NCBI RefSeq assembly: GCF_009914755.1
Contig: NC_060946.1
Source of the DNA: the human T2T-CHM13v2.0 reference genome, Homo sapiens
Reading direction: 5' to 3' (one strand)
Length of the DNA: 64,000 nucleotides
Shown: positions 14,861 through 34,062 of the stretch, piece by piece
Numbering within the stretch: position 1 is the stretch's first letter
Layout of the letters: every line of letters begins with the position of its first letter
Program-made: the position numbers and the translations under genes
Notes under the pieces: model-generated
Seen by the model: only the letters and a program-made list of their open reading frames with translations
Told to the model about the DNA's origin: nothing
Databases searched by the model: none

Positions 14861-17800
14861 GTCAAAGCCTGTAGAATAGTTACATTTCCTGGATGATCAG
14901 TTCAGAAATATATCACAATGCCCCCTCCCTGCAGAGCCTAGAGAGGATTTGCATCATTTGGGTGATCAGTGCAGAGATATATCACAATGTCCCCTGTACA
15001 AAAAGCCTGGAAATGATTTACATCACCTCGGTGATCAGTGAATTAGTATGTCAGAAACACCCAGTAGGCTGAGCATAGACAAGGGTTACATCACTTAGCG
15101 AATCAGTGTAGAGATATGTGAAAATTCCCTTGTAGACAGAGCCTAGAAAAGTGTTACATCACCTAGAGATAATTGCAGGGATAAGTCGTAAAGCCTCCTG
15201 TAGACAGAGTGTAGACAAGAGTTTCCTCCCTGGGGTGATCAGTGCAGCGATATGTCACAAAGCCCCTGTAAGCAGAACATTGACAAGGGTTACATCACCT
15301 GTTTGATCAGTGGAAATGTATATCACAAAGCTGCCTGTAGGCAAAGCAAAGACAATTGTTACATCACCTGGTTGAGCAGTGGAGAGATCTGTCACAATGC
15401 CCCTGTAGGCAGAGCTTAGACAAGAGTTACATCACCTGGGTGATCAGTGCAGAGATATGTCAAAACACTCCTGTAGGCTGAATGTAGACAGGAGTTCCAT
15501 CACCCGGGTGATCAGTGCAGAGATATATGAGAATTCCCGTGTAGGCAGAGTCTAGACAAGTGTTACATCACCTAGGTTATCAGTGCAGGTATAAGTCATA
15601 AAGCCTCCTGTAGGCAGAGCATAGACAAGAGTTCCTTTCTTAGGGTGATTAGTGCAGAGATGTGTCACAAAGCCACTGTAGGCAGAACCTAAACAAGAGT
15701 TATATCACCTGGGTGATCAGTGAAGAAATATGTCACAAAGCCCTGTAGGCCGAGCCTAGACAAGAGTTACATCTCCTGGGGGATCAGTGCAAATATATGT
15801 CACAAAGCCCCCTGTAGACATATCCCAGAAAATTGCTACATCACCTGGGTGATCAGTGGAGATATCTGTTAGAATTCCCCTCTAGGCGCAGCTTAGACCA
15901 GTATTACTTCACATAAGTAATCAGTGCAGAGATATGTCACTATGCCCCCATAGGAAGATCCAAGACAAGAGTCCATCACCTGGGTCATCAGTGCAGAAAT
16001 ATGACACAATGCCACCAGTAGGCATATATAGACAAGGGTTACATCACCTGCATGATCACTGCAGATATATGTCACAATGCCTCTGTAGGCAGAGCCTAGA
16101 CAAGAGACCCATCACCTGGGTGATCAGTGCAGAGTTATGTCACAATGCCCCCTTTTGGCAGAGACTAGACAAGGGTTACATCACCTGGGTGATCAGCGCA
16201 GGGATGTGTCACAAGCACCCTGTAGACAGAGCCTAGACAATAGTTACATCAGCTGTGTGATCAGTGCAGTGACATGTCACAATGTCCCTGTAGCCATATC
16301 CTTGACAAAAGTGACATCATCTGGGTGATCAGTGTGGAGATATGTCACAATGTCTCCAGTAGGCAGAGCCTAGACAAGAGTTACATCACCTGGGTGATCA
16401 GGGCAGAGATATGTCACAATGCCCCCTGTAAGCAGATCCCAGACAAGAGTTGCATCACCTCGGTGATCAGTGCAGAGATATGTCTCAATGACCCCTGTCA
16501 CGGAAGCCTATACAAGAGTTACATCAGGTCAGTGATCAGTGCAGTGATACGTTAAAATGACCCTGTAGGCAGAGCCTAGACAAGAGTCACATCACCTGGG
16601 TGATCAGTGCCGAGATATCTCACAATACCCCCAGTAAGCAGAGCCTAGACAAGTGTTACATCACCTGGGTGATCAGTGTAGAGATATGTCATAAATTCCA
16701 CTGTAGGCAAAGCGTAGACAAGTTTTACATCACCTCAGCGTTCAGTGCAGAGATGTGTCCCAATGTCCCTCTAGGCAGAGCTTAGACAAGAGTCACATCT
16801 CCTGGGTGATCAGTGCAGAGATAAGTCACAATGTCCCCATAGGCAGAGCCTAGACAAGAGTTAAATAACCCAGGTGATCCGTGCAGAGTGATGTCACAAC
16901 GCCCTTTATAGGCAGAGACTAGAAAAGAGTTAAATCACCTGAGTCATCAGTGAAGAGATATGTCACAATGCCCCAAGTAGGCAGAGAATAGAGAAGAGTT
17001 CCATCACCTGGGTGATCAGTGCAGAGATATGTCACAATGCCACTATAGGCAGAGCCTAGACAAGGGTTACATGACCTAGGTGATCAGTGTAGAGATACAT
17101 CGCAATGCCCCTTTAGGCAGAGCCTTGACAAGTGGTATATCACCTGGGTGATCATTGCAGGGATATGTCACAAAGCACCCTGTAGGCAGATCCTAGATAA
17201 AAGTTATATCACCTGGGTGATCAGTGCAGAGGTATGTCACAGGCCCCCAGTAGGCAGAGCCTAGACAAATGTTATATCACCTGGGTGATCAGTGCAGTGA
17301 TATGTCATGATGCCATGTAGCCAGAGCCTAGAATAAAGTTACAGCACCTGGGAGATCAGTGCAGAGATATGTCTCAATCCCACTGTGGGCACAGCCTAGA
17401 CAAGGGTTACATCACCCCGTTTAACATGCAGAGATATGTCAAAATGGCCCTGTTGGCAGAGCCTACACAAGTGTTACATCACTTAGGTGATCAGTGCAGA
17501 GATATGTCACAATATACCTTGTAAGCAGAGCCTAGAGAAGAGTTACATCACCTGGGTGATCAGTGCAGAGATATGTGACAAGGCCCTTTTAAGCAGAGCC
17601 TAGACAATAGTTACATCACCTGAGTGATCAGTGCAGAGATCTCTCACAGTGTCCCTTTAGGCAGCGCTTAGACCAGAGTTACATCACCTGGGTGATCAGT
17701 GCAGAGATCTGTCACAATGGCCCCATAGGCAAATCCAAGACAAGAGTCCATCACCTGGGTGATCAGTGCAGAAATATGTGACAATGCCCCCAGCAGGCAG

Positions 17801-18135
17801 AGCCTGGAGTAGAGTCCCATCACCTGGGTGTTCAGTGCACAGATATTTCACAATGTCCCTGTAGGCAGAGCGTAAGCAAGAGTTACATCACCTAGATGAT
17901 CAGTGCAGAGATATGTCACAACGCCCCCTATAGGCAGAGTCTGGACAAGAGTTATATCACCTCGGTGATCAATGCAGTGATATGTCACTATGCCCCCTGT
18001 AGGCAGAGAGTGGACAAGAGTTACATAACCTAGGTGATCTCTGCAGAGCTATGTGAAAACCCCCTTGTAGGCAGAGACTAGATAAATGTTACATCACCTG
18101 GGTGATCAGTGCAGAGATATGTCACAATACCCCCA
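14861..18135 (+). repeat. Beta satellite array
   Basis: Tandem 68-bp monomers. Confidence 0.97.
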
Positions 18136-18700
18136 GTTCACCCCCTTCACCGGGCTGACTGGCCTGGGATTCCTGCCTTCTAGGTCTAGGCCCGGTGGAA
18201 GACTCCACACAGCGGAGAACTGCCATTCTTTCCTGGGCATCCCGGGGATCCCTGAGACGCCCCATATACCAGCAGGTGGGCCGCCTCCTGCGCATGCCCG
18301 AGTTTGCGTACAGACGCCTGGGCTGTGGGAACAGCCCAGGCAGAACTCTCACGCGTTTCCACCACCCCAACCCTGCCTGACCACCCCCTACCCAACCCCA
18401 CACACCATCCCCTGAAAATGCATCCTCCCCTGCCCTGACACCCCTCCTGCGACTCGCCTCCTGTAAGCATCCGCGCCACTGTCGGCGGCCCGCCCGTATC
18501 CCTGCAGCCTCCCAGCTGCCACCAAGGAGCACTTGTCGGCAAAACGCAGACATCTAGCTCTCTTTGCTGGCCTCCTGGCTAGACCTGTGTTGATTGCGCA
18601 CACCGGCAGACGTGCAAGGGAGCCCGCTGGCCTCTCTGTGCACTTGCCCCTCCGTGAAATTCTAGCTGAGGATCTCCCAACACCTTCCGACGCTCTTTTG
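18136..18700 (+). repeat. Non-coding 3' D4Z4 fragment, unit 4 (intron 1 end, exon 2, intron 2 with ~60-bp deletion, pLAM-like)
   Basis: CCGGGCTGACTGGCCTGGGATTCCTGCCTTCTAGGTCTAGG through CCTTCCGACGCTCTT; no DUX coding sequence. Confidence 0.88.
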
Positions 18701-21700
18701 TCAAAACTTGGAGAATAGTTATATCTCCTGGATGATCGGTTCAGAAATATGTCACAATGCCCCCTCCCTGTGGAGCCTAGACAAGATTTGCATCATTTGG
18801 GTGAACAGTGCAGAGATATATCACAATGTCCCCTGTACAAAAAGCCTGGAAATGATTTGCATCACCTCGGTGATCAGTGCATAGGTATGTCAGAAATCCC
18901 CAGTAGGCTCAACCTAGACATGGGTTACATCACTTAGGTGATCAGTGTAGAGATATGTGAAAATTCCCGTGTAGACGGAGCCTAGACAAGTGTTACATCA
19001 CCTAGTGATCAGTGCAGGGATAAGTCGTAAAGTCTCCTGTAGGCAGAGTGTAGACAAGTGTTTCCTCCCTGGGGTGATCAGTGCAGAGATATGTCACAAA
19101 GCCCCTGTAAGCAGAACCTTGACAAGGCTTACATCACCTGTTTGATCAGTAGAAATATATATCACAGAGTCCCCTGTAGGCAAAGCCCAGAGAATTGTTA
19201 CATCACCTGGGTGAGCAGTAGAGAGATCTGTCACAATGCCCTGGTAGGCAGAGCATTGACAAGGGTTACATCACCTGGGTGATCAGTGCAGAGATATGTG
19301 AGAATTCCCGTGTAGGCAGAGCCTAGACCGGGGTTACATCACCTAGGTATCAGTGCAGGTATAAGTCATAAAGACAGACGTAGGCAGAGCGCAGACAAGA
19401 GTTCCCTCCATAGGGTGATCAGTACAGAGATGTGACACAAAGCCCCTGTCGTCAGAGCCTAAACAAGGGTTACATCTCCTGGTTGATCAGTGGAGAAATA
19501 TGTCACAAAGCCCCTGTAGGCCGAGCCTAGACAAGAGTTACATCTCCTGGGTGATCAGTGCAAAGATATTTCACAAAGCCCCCTGTAGACAAATCACAGA
19601 AAATTGTTACATTATCTCAGCGATCACTGGAGACATCTGTCACAATTCCCCTTTAGGCGCAGCATAGACAAGCGTTTCATCACATGAGTGATCAGTGCAG
19701 AGATATGTCACCTTGCCCGAATAGGCAGATCCAAGGCAAAAGTCCATCACCTGGGTGATCAGTGCATAAATATGCCACAATGCCGCCAGTAGGCAGATAT
19801 AGACAAGAGTTACATCACCTGCGTGATCACTGCAGAGATATGTCACAATGCCCCTGTAGGCAGAGCCTAGACAAGAGTCCCATCACCTGTGTGATCAGTG
19901 CAGAGTTATGTCACAATGCCCCCTTTTGGCAGAGCCTAGACAAGGGTTACATCACCTGGGTGATCAGGGGAGAGATATGTCACAAAGCCCCCTGTAAACA
20001 GATCCCAGACAATAGTTGCATCACCTCGGTGATCAGTGCAGAGATATGTCTCAATGCCCCCTGTCAGCGAAGCCTATACAAGAGTTACATCATCTCAGTG
20101 ATCAGTGGAGTGATAAGTTAAATTGCCCCTATAGGCAGAGGCTAGACAAGAGTTACATCACATGGGTGATCAGTGCAGAGATATCTCACAATAATCCCTG
20201 TAAGCAGAGCCTAGACAAGAGTTACATCACCTGGGTGATCAGTGCAGAGATATGTCATAAATCTCACAGAAGGCAAAGCCTAGACAAGTTTTCCATCACC
20301 TCAGCGATCAGTGCAGAGATATGTCCCAATGTCCCTCTAGACAGATCTCAGACAAGAGTCACATCTCCCGGGTGATCAGTGCAGAGATAAGTCACGATGG
20401 CCCCATAGGCAGATCGTAGACAAATGTTAAATAACCCGGGTGATCCGTGCAGAGTGATGTAGGCAGAGACTAGAAAAGAGTTACATCACCTTGGTGATCA
20501 CTGCAGAGATATGTCACAATGCCCCTTGTAGGCAGAGCATAGAGAAGAGTTGCATCACCTGTGTGATCACTGCAGAGATTTGTCAAAATTCCCTGTAGGC
20601 AGTGCTTATAAAAGGGTTATATCACCTAAGTGATCAGTGCAGAGATATTTCACAAAGCTCCTGTAGGCAGAACTTAGATGAGTTACGTCACCTGTGTGAT
20701 CAGTGCAAAGGTATGTCACAAAGTCCCCTGTAGGGAAAGCCTACACAGTAGATACATCACTTGGGTGATCAGTGGTGAGATCTCTCACAACTCCCATGTA
20801 GGCAGAGCTTATACAACAGTTACATCACCTGGGTGATCAGTGCAGAGATATGTCCCAATGCCCCCATAGGCAGATCCAACACAAGAGTCCGTCAGCTGGT
20901 GATCAGTGCAGAAATATGTCACAGTGCCCCTTCGGCAGAGCCTAGACAAAAGCCCCAGCACCTGGATGATCAATGCAGAATTATGTCACAAAGTCCCTTT
21001 AGGCAGATCCTAGACAAGTGTTACATCACTTGGATGATCAGTGCAGAGATATGTCACAATGCCACTGTAGGCAGAGCCTAGACAAGAGTTACATGACCTC
21101 GGTGATCAGTGCAGAGATACATCGCAATGTCCCTGTAGGAAGAGCCTTGACAAGTAGTACATCACCTGGGTGATCATTGCAGGGATATGTCACAAAGCAC
21201 CCTGTAGGCAGATCCTAGAAAAGGGTTATATCACCTGGGTGATCAGTGCAGAGATATGTCACAATGCCACTGTAGGCAGAGCCTAGACAAGAGTTACATG
21301 ACCTAGGTGATCATTGCAGAGATACATCACAATGCCCCTGTAGGCAGAGCTTTGACAAGTGGTTTATCACCTGGGTGATAATTGCAGGGATATGTCACAA
21401 AGCACCCTGCAGGCAGATCCTAGAAAAGATTTCCATCACCTGTGTGATCAGTGCAGCGATATATCACAATGGCACTGGAATTAGATCCTAGACAATAGTT
21501 ACATGACCTAGGTGATCATTGCAGCGATATGTCGCAATGCCCCTGTAGGCAGAGCCTTCACTAGTGGTATATCACCTGGGTGATCATTGCAGGGATATGT
21601 CACAAATCACCCTACAGGCAGATCCTATAGAAGAGTTATATCACCTGGGTGATCAATGCAGGGATATGTCACAAGTCCCCTGTAGGCATAGCCTAGACAA

Positions 21701-22827
21701 GTGTTATATCAGCTGGGTGGTCAGTGCAGTGATATGTCACAATGCCGTGTAGCCAGTGCCTAGACTAAAGTTACAGCACCTGGGATATCAGTGCAGAGAT
21801 ATGTCACAATGTCCCCAGTAGTCAGAGACCAGGGAAGAGTTGGATCACCTCGGGATCAGTGCAGAGATATGTCTCAATCCCCCTGTGGGCACAGCCTAGA
21901 CAAGGGTTACATCACCTAGGTTAACAGTGCAGAGATATGTCAAAATGCCCCTGCAGGCAGAGCCTACACAAGTGTTACATCACTTAGGTGATCATTGCAG
22001 AGATATGTCATGATACCCCCTGTAAGCAGAGCCTAGACAAGAGTTACATCACCTGGGTGATCAGTGCAGAGATATGTAACAAGGCCCCTTTAAGCAGAGC
22101 CTAGACAATAGTTATATCACCTGAGTCATCAGTGCAGAGATCTCTCACAATGCCCCTTTAGGCAGAGCTTAGATCAGAGTTACATCACCTGGGTGATCAG
22201 TGCAGAGATATGTCACAATGACCCCATAGGCAAATCCAAGACAAGAGTCCGTCACCTCGGTGATCAGTGCAGAAATATGTGACAATTCCCCCAGTAGGCA
22301 GAGCCTAGAGAAGAGTTCCATCACCTGGGTGATCAGTGCAGAGATATTTCACAATGCCCCTGCAGGCAGAGGGTAAGCAAGAGTGACATCACCTAGGTGA
22401 TCAGTGCAGAGGTATGTCACAAGTCCCCCTATAGGCAGAGCCTGAACAAGAATTACATCACCTTGGTGATCAATGCAGTGATATGTCACTATGCCCCGAA
22501 GGCTGAGCCTAGTCAAGCGTTACATCACCTAGGTGATCAGTGCAGAGATATGTCACAAAGCCCCCATACACAGAACCTAGACAAGTGTCCCATCACCTGG
22601 GTGATCAGTGCAGAAATATGTCATAATGCCCCCATAGGCAGATCCAACAAAACAGTTACATCACCTTGGTGATCGGTGTAGAGATATCTCACAATGCCCC
22701 CATAGGCAGAGCCTAGACAAAAGTCCCATCACCTGGGTGATCAGTGCAGAGATATGTCACAAAGCCCCTGTAGGCAGAGCCTAGAGAAGAATTACATCAT
22801 TTTGTTGATCAGTTCAGAGATGTGTCA
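18701..22827 (+). repeat. Beta satellite array
   Basis: Tandem 68-bp monomers. Confidence 0.97.
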
Positions 22828-23412
22828 TGCTGACTGTTTGCTCCCGGAGCTCTGCAGGCACCCAGAAACATGCAGGGAAGGGTGGAAGACCGGCATGGTG
22901 CCTTCGCTCTCCTTGCCAGTTTCCAAACCGGCCACACTGCAGACTCCCCATGTTGCCGCACACGGGAATCCATTGTCAGGTCATCACGCTGGGGTGGCAT
23001 CTTCTCTCTGGGGTCTCGCTCTGGTCTCCTACATGGAAATGAACGACAGCCACACGCCTGCGTGTGTGAGACTGTCCCGGTAATGGCGACACCCACAGGC
23101 ACTGCTTCCTTCACGGAGAGAGGGCCTGGAACACTCCAGACTCCCACGGAGGTTCAGTTCCACACTCCCCTCCACACTCCCAGGCCGGTTTCTCCCTGCT
23201 GAAGACCCGTGGGAGCCCAGAGAGCAGCTTCCAGTTACCACGGGATTCCTGGAGAGGTCCGGAGAGCCAGCCCCCGAAACGCGCCCCTCTCACATCTTCC
23301 CCCTGGCCCCCTTCCTCTTCGTCTCTCCGGCCCCACCATCACAATCACCACGCCCTCCACCCCCACCCCACCAACCCCAGGCCGCAGGCCTCGAAGCCCT
23401 GGGAACTTTACA

Positions 23413-24400
<988 letters not shown>

Positions 24401-25597
24401 CCTCCGCACCCGGGCAAAAGCCGGGAGGACCGGGACCCGCAGCGCGATGGCCTGCTGGGCCCTTGCACAGTGGGACAGCCTGGGCCCGCTGAAGCGGTGC
24501 CACAGGGCCTAGGTGTGCTTGTGCCACCCGTGTCCCAGGGGAGTCCGTGTTTGGGCTGGGGCCGGGTCCCAAGGTCGCCGGGGTGGCGTGGGAACCCCAA
24601 GCCAGGGTAGGTCCACCTCGCCAGCCCACGCCCCCGGAGGCTTCCGCGTGGCAGGGGCAGATACAAGGCATCCCGGCTCCCTCCCAGGCGCTCCAGGAGC
24701 AGGGGAGCTCGTCTACACTTCCCTCTGGCCTGCTGCTGGATGAGCTCCTGGTGAGCCCGGAGTTTGTGCAGCAGGCGCAAACTTTCCTAGAAACGGAGGC
24801 CCCGGGGGAGCTGGAGGCCTTGGAAGAGGCCGCCTCGCTGGAAGCACCCCTCAGCGGTTAAGAATACCAGGCTCTTCTGGAGGAGCTTTAGGACGTGGGG
24901 TTGGGACAGGGTCAGGCCGTGGCAGGGCGGTGGTCTGTCTTTTGCGGGGAACACCTTGCAGGCTATGGAAGGGCGTGTCGTCCCCCCACCCTCCACCGGG
25001 CTGACCAGCCTGGGATTCCTGCCTTCTAGGTCTAAGCCCGCAGAGAGGCTCCACACAGCGGAGAACTGCCATTCTTTCCTGGGCATCACTGGGATCCCAG
25101 AGCCGGCCCAGGTACCAGCAGGTGGGCCGCCTACTGTGCACGCGCAGCTTTGCGGGCAGCTGCCTGGGCTGTGGGAGCAGCCCGGGCAGAGCTCTCATGC
25201 TTTTCCACCATCCCACCACCGCCTGACCACACCAACCCCATCCCCAACCCCCACCCCCGGAAAATGCGTCCTCTCCTGAGTTGGGTGGATACCCCCGTCC
25301 CGCGAAACACCGGGCCTGCGCAGCATCCAGGCCTGACAACCCTCCGGCGGCTTGACTCCTCTGCGCCTCCACGCCACCACCGCCGTCCCGCCCGTGCCCC
25401 TGCAGCCTCCCAGCTGCCTCCATGGAGTGCCTGACAGCGGAACGCAGACTTCTAGCTCTCTTTGTCAGCCTCCTGGTTAGACCTGCGCTCATTGCACACC
25501 CTGGCTGATGTGAAAGGGAGCCCGCTGTCCTCTCTTTGCCCTTGTCCATCCGTGAAACTCTGGCTGAGGCTCTCCCAACACCTTCCGATGCTCTTTA

Positions 25598-27629
25598 GTG
25601 AAAGCCTGGAGAATAGTTACATCTCCTGGATGATCAGTTCAGAAATATGTCACAATGTCCCCTCCCTGCGCAGCCTAGACAAGAGTCCCATCACCTGGGT
25701 GATCAGTGCAGAGTTACGTAACAATGCCCCTTTAGGCAGAGCTTAGACCAGAGTTACATCACCTGGGTGATCAGTGCAGAGATATGACACAATGCTCCCA
25801 TAGGCAAATCCAAGACAAGAGTCCATCACCTGGGTGATCAGTGTAGAAATATGTGACAATGCCTCCAGTAGGCAGAGCCTAGAGAAGAGTCAAATCACCT
25901 GGGTGATCAGTGCAGAGATATTTCACAATGCCCCTGCAGGCAGAGCGTAAGCAAGAGTTACATCACTTAGATGATCAGTGCAGAGATATGTCACAAGGCC
26001 CCCTATAGGCAGAACCTGGACAAGAGTTACATCACCTCCGTGATCAATGCAGTGATATGTCACTATGCCCCATAGGCAGAGCCTAGTCAAGCGTTGCATC
26101 ACCTGGGTGATCAGTGCAAAGATATGTCACAATGCCACCAAATACAGAGCCTAGACAAGAGTCCCATCACCTGGGTGATCAGTGCAGAAATATATCACAA
26201 TGCCCCCATAGGCAGATCCAACACAAGTGTTATATCACCTGGGTGATCAGGGTAGTGATATGTCACAATGTCCCCATAGGCAGAGCCTAGACAAAGTCCC
26301 ATCACCTCAGTGATCAGTGCAGAGATATTTCACAAAGCACCTGTAGGCCGAGCCTAGAAAAGAGTTATATCTCCTGGGTGATCAGTGCATATATATGTCA
26401 CAAAGCCCCCTGTAGACAAATCCCAGAAAATTGTTACTTCACCTGGGTGATCAGTGGAGATATCTGTCACAATTCCCCTTTAGGCTCAGCTTAGACAAGC
26501 GTTACATCACATGAGTTATCAGTGCAGAGATATGTCACTATGCCCCAATAGGCAGATCCAAGACAAGAGTCCATCACCTGGGTGATCAGTGCAGAAATAT
26601 GCCACAATGCCGCCAGTAGGCAGATATAGAAATCAGTTACATCACCTGCGTGATCGCTACAGAGATATATCTCAATGACCCTGTAGGAAGAGCCTAGAAA
26701 GGAGTCCAATCACCTGGGTGATCAGTGCAGAGTTATGTCACAATGCCCCCTTTTGGCAGAGCCTAGACAAGGGTTACATCACCTGGGTGATCAGTGCAGA
26801 CATGTGTCACAAGACCCCTGTAGCCAGAGCTTATACAATTGTTACATCAGCTGTGTGATGATCAGTGCAGTGACATGTCACAATGTCCCTGTAGCCATAT
26901 CCTTGACAAAAGTGACATCACCTGGGTGATCAGTGCGGAGAAATGTCACAATGTCTCCAGTAGGCAGAGCCTAGACAAGTTACATCACCTGGGTGATCAG
27001 GGCAGAGATATGTCACAATGCCCCCTGTAGGCAGAGCATAGAAAAGAGTTGCATCACCTGGGTGATCAGTGCAGAGATATGTCACAATGTCCCCTGTAGG
27101 CAAAGCCTAGGCAAGAGTTGCATCACCTGCGTGATCAGTGCAGTTATATGTCACAATGTCCCCTGTAGGCAAAGCCTAGGCAAGAGTTACATCACCTTTG
27201 TCTTCAGTTCAGGGATATGTGAAAACGCCCCTGTAGGCAGAGCCTAGAAAACAGTTATATCACCTAGTTGATCAGTGCAGAGATATTTCACAATACCCCC
27301 TGTAGTCAGATCCTAGACAAGAGTTGAATCACCTGGGTGATCAGTGCAGAGATATTTCACAATGACCCCTTTGGGCAGATCCTAGAAAAGAGTTACATCA
27401 CCTAGGTGATCAGTGCAGAGACTTGTCAAAATTCCCTGTAGGCAGTGCTTATAAAAGTGTCACATCACCTAAGTGATCAGGGAAGAGATATGTCACAAAG
27501 CTCCTGTAGGCAGAACTTAGATGAGTTACATCACCTGGGTGATCAGTGCAAAGGTATGTCACAAAGCCCCTGTAGGCAGAGCCTAGACAAGGGTTACATC
27601 ACTTTGTTGATCAGTTCAGAGATGTGTCA
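25598..27629 (+). repeat. Beta satellite array
   Basis: Tandem 68-bp monomers. Confidence 0.97.
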
Positions 27630-28213
27630 TGCTGGCTGTTTGCTCCCGGAGCTCTGCGGACACCTGGAAACATGCAGGGAAGGGTGGACGACCCGCATGG
27701 TGTCTTCGCACTCCTTGCAAGTTTCCAAACCGGCCACACTGCAGATTCCCCATGTTGCCACACACGGGAATCCATCGTCAGGCCATCACGCCGGGGAGGC
27801 ATCTTCTTTCTGGGGTCTCTCTGTGGTCTTCTACGTGGAAATGAAGGAGAGCCACACACTTGCACGTGTGGGACTGTCCCGGCAACGGCGACTCCCACAG
27901 GCATTGCGTCCTTCATGGCGAGAGGGCCTGGAACACTCCAGACTCCCACGGAGGTTAAGTTCCACACTCCCCTCCACACTCCCAGGCTGGTTTCTCCCTG
28001 CTGAAGATGCGTGGGAGCCCAGAGAGCGGCTTCCAGTTCCCGTGGGATTCCTGGAGAGGTCCGGAGTGTCAGCCCCTGAAACGGGCCCCCCTCACCCCTT
28101 CCCCCTCACCCCCTTCCTCTTCGTCTCTCCGGCCCCACCACCACCATCTCCCCGCCCTCCCCCCCCAACACACCATCCCCCGGCCACAGGCCTTGACGCC
28201 CTGGGACTCTTCC

Positions 28214-28290
28214 GGGGTGGGGCGGGCTGTCCCAGGGCTCACCGCCATTCATGAAGTGTTGGAGACTGCCTGCATCTGGGCCATTATAAG
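28214..28290 (+). promoter_or_regulatory. DUX-type promoter (GC box GGGGCGGG, DBE-like motif, TATAA at 28285-28289)
   Basis: GGGGTGGGGCGGGCT...CCGCCATTCATGAAG...ATTATAAG. Confidence 0.65.
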
Positions 28291-28392
28291 AACCGCTGGC
28301 TGGCTGTCCGGGCAGGCCTCCTGGCTGCACCTGCCGCAGTGCACAGGCCAGCTGAGGTGCACGGGAGCCCGCCGGCCTCTCTCTGCCAATGA

Positions 28393-29694
<1,302 letters not shown>

Positions 29695-30398
29695 GTCGCG
29701 GGGTTGGGAAGGGGTCGGGTCCAGGCGGGGGGGTGACCTCTCTTTCGCGGGGAACTCTTGGCTGGCTATGGAGGGGCGTGTCTTCCCTCTGCCCCCTCCA
29801 GCGGGCTGACCGGCCTGGGATTCCTGCCTTCTAGGTCTAGGCATGGTGAGAGACTCCACACACAGCAGAGAACTGCCATTCTTTCCTAGGCATCCCGGGG
29901 ATCCCTGAGCCGGCCCAGGTACCAGCAGGTGGGCCACCTACTTTGCACGCGCGGGTTTGTGGGCAGCCGCCTGGGCTGTGGGAGCAGCCCGGGTAGAGCT
30001 CTCATGCCTTTCCACCACCCCACTCACGCATGAACAACCCCTCTCCACCCCCAATCCTCACCCTCGGAAATTGCGTCCTCCCCTGGGATGGGTGGAGACC
30101 CCCATCCCGCGAAACACTGAGCCCGTGCATGGTCGAGACAACCCTCCGGCGGCTCGCCTCCTCTGCGCCTCCGCACCACCATCACCGGCCCGCCCGTGCC
30201 ACTGCAGCCTCCCAGCTGCCACCATGGAGTGCCTGGCGGCAGAAAGCAGATCTCTAGCTCTCTTTGCCAGCCTCCTGGCTAGACCTGCACTCATTGAGCA
30301 CCACGGCTGACGTGCAAGGAGCCCGCTCGACTGTCTGTGTCGTAGTCCGTCTGTGAAATTCCGGCTGAGGCTCTTCCAAAACCTTCCGAAGGTCTTTA

Positions 30399-34062
<3,664 letters not shown>

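Noticed and set aside
18133-18140. Same CCAGTTCA 8-mer at the truncation junctions of units 4 and 7 (32249-32256)
   Set aside because: Only two short occurrences, and CAGTTCA is common in local satellite variants; chance cannot be excluded
19762-20375. Cys/His-rich repetitive ORFs (…[23 protein letters not shown]…) suggesting zinc-finger or repeat proteins
   Set aside because: Translations of the satellite monomer that shift frame because 68 is not a multiple of 3; no C2H2 spacing, and starts and stops are random
27450-27457. TATAAAAG in satellite 180 bp upstream of unit 6 as an extra promoter
   Set aside because: It belongs to a recurrent monomer variant (also ~20607, ~31709, ~34688, ~37885) mostly far from any unit; no other promoter evidence
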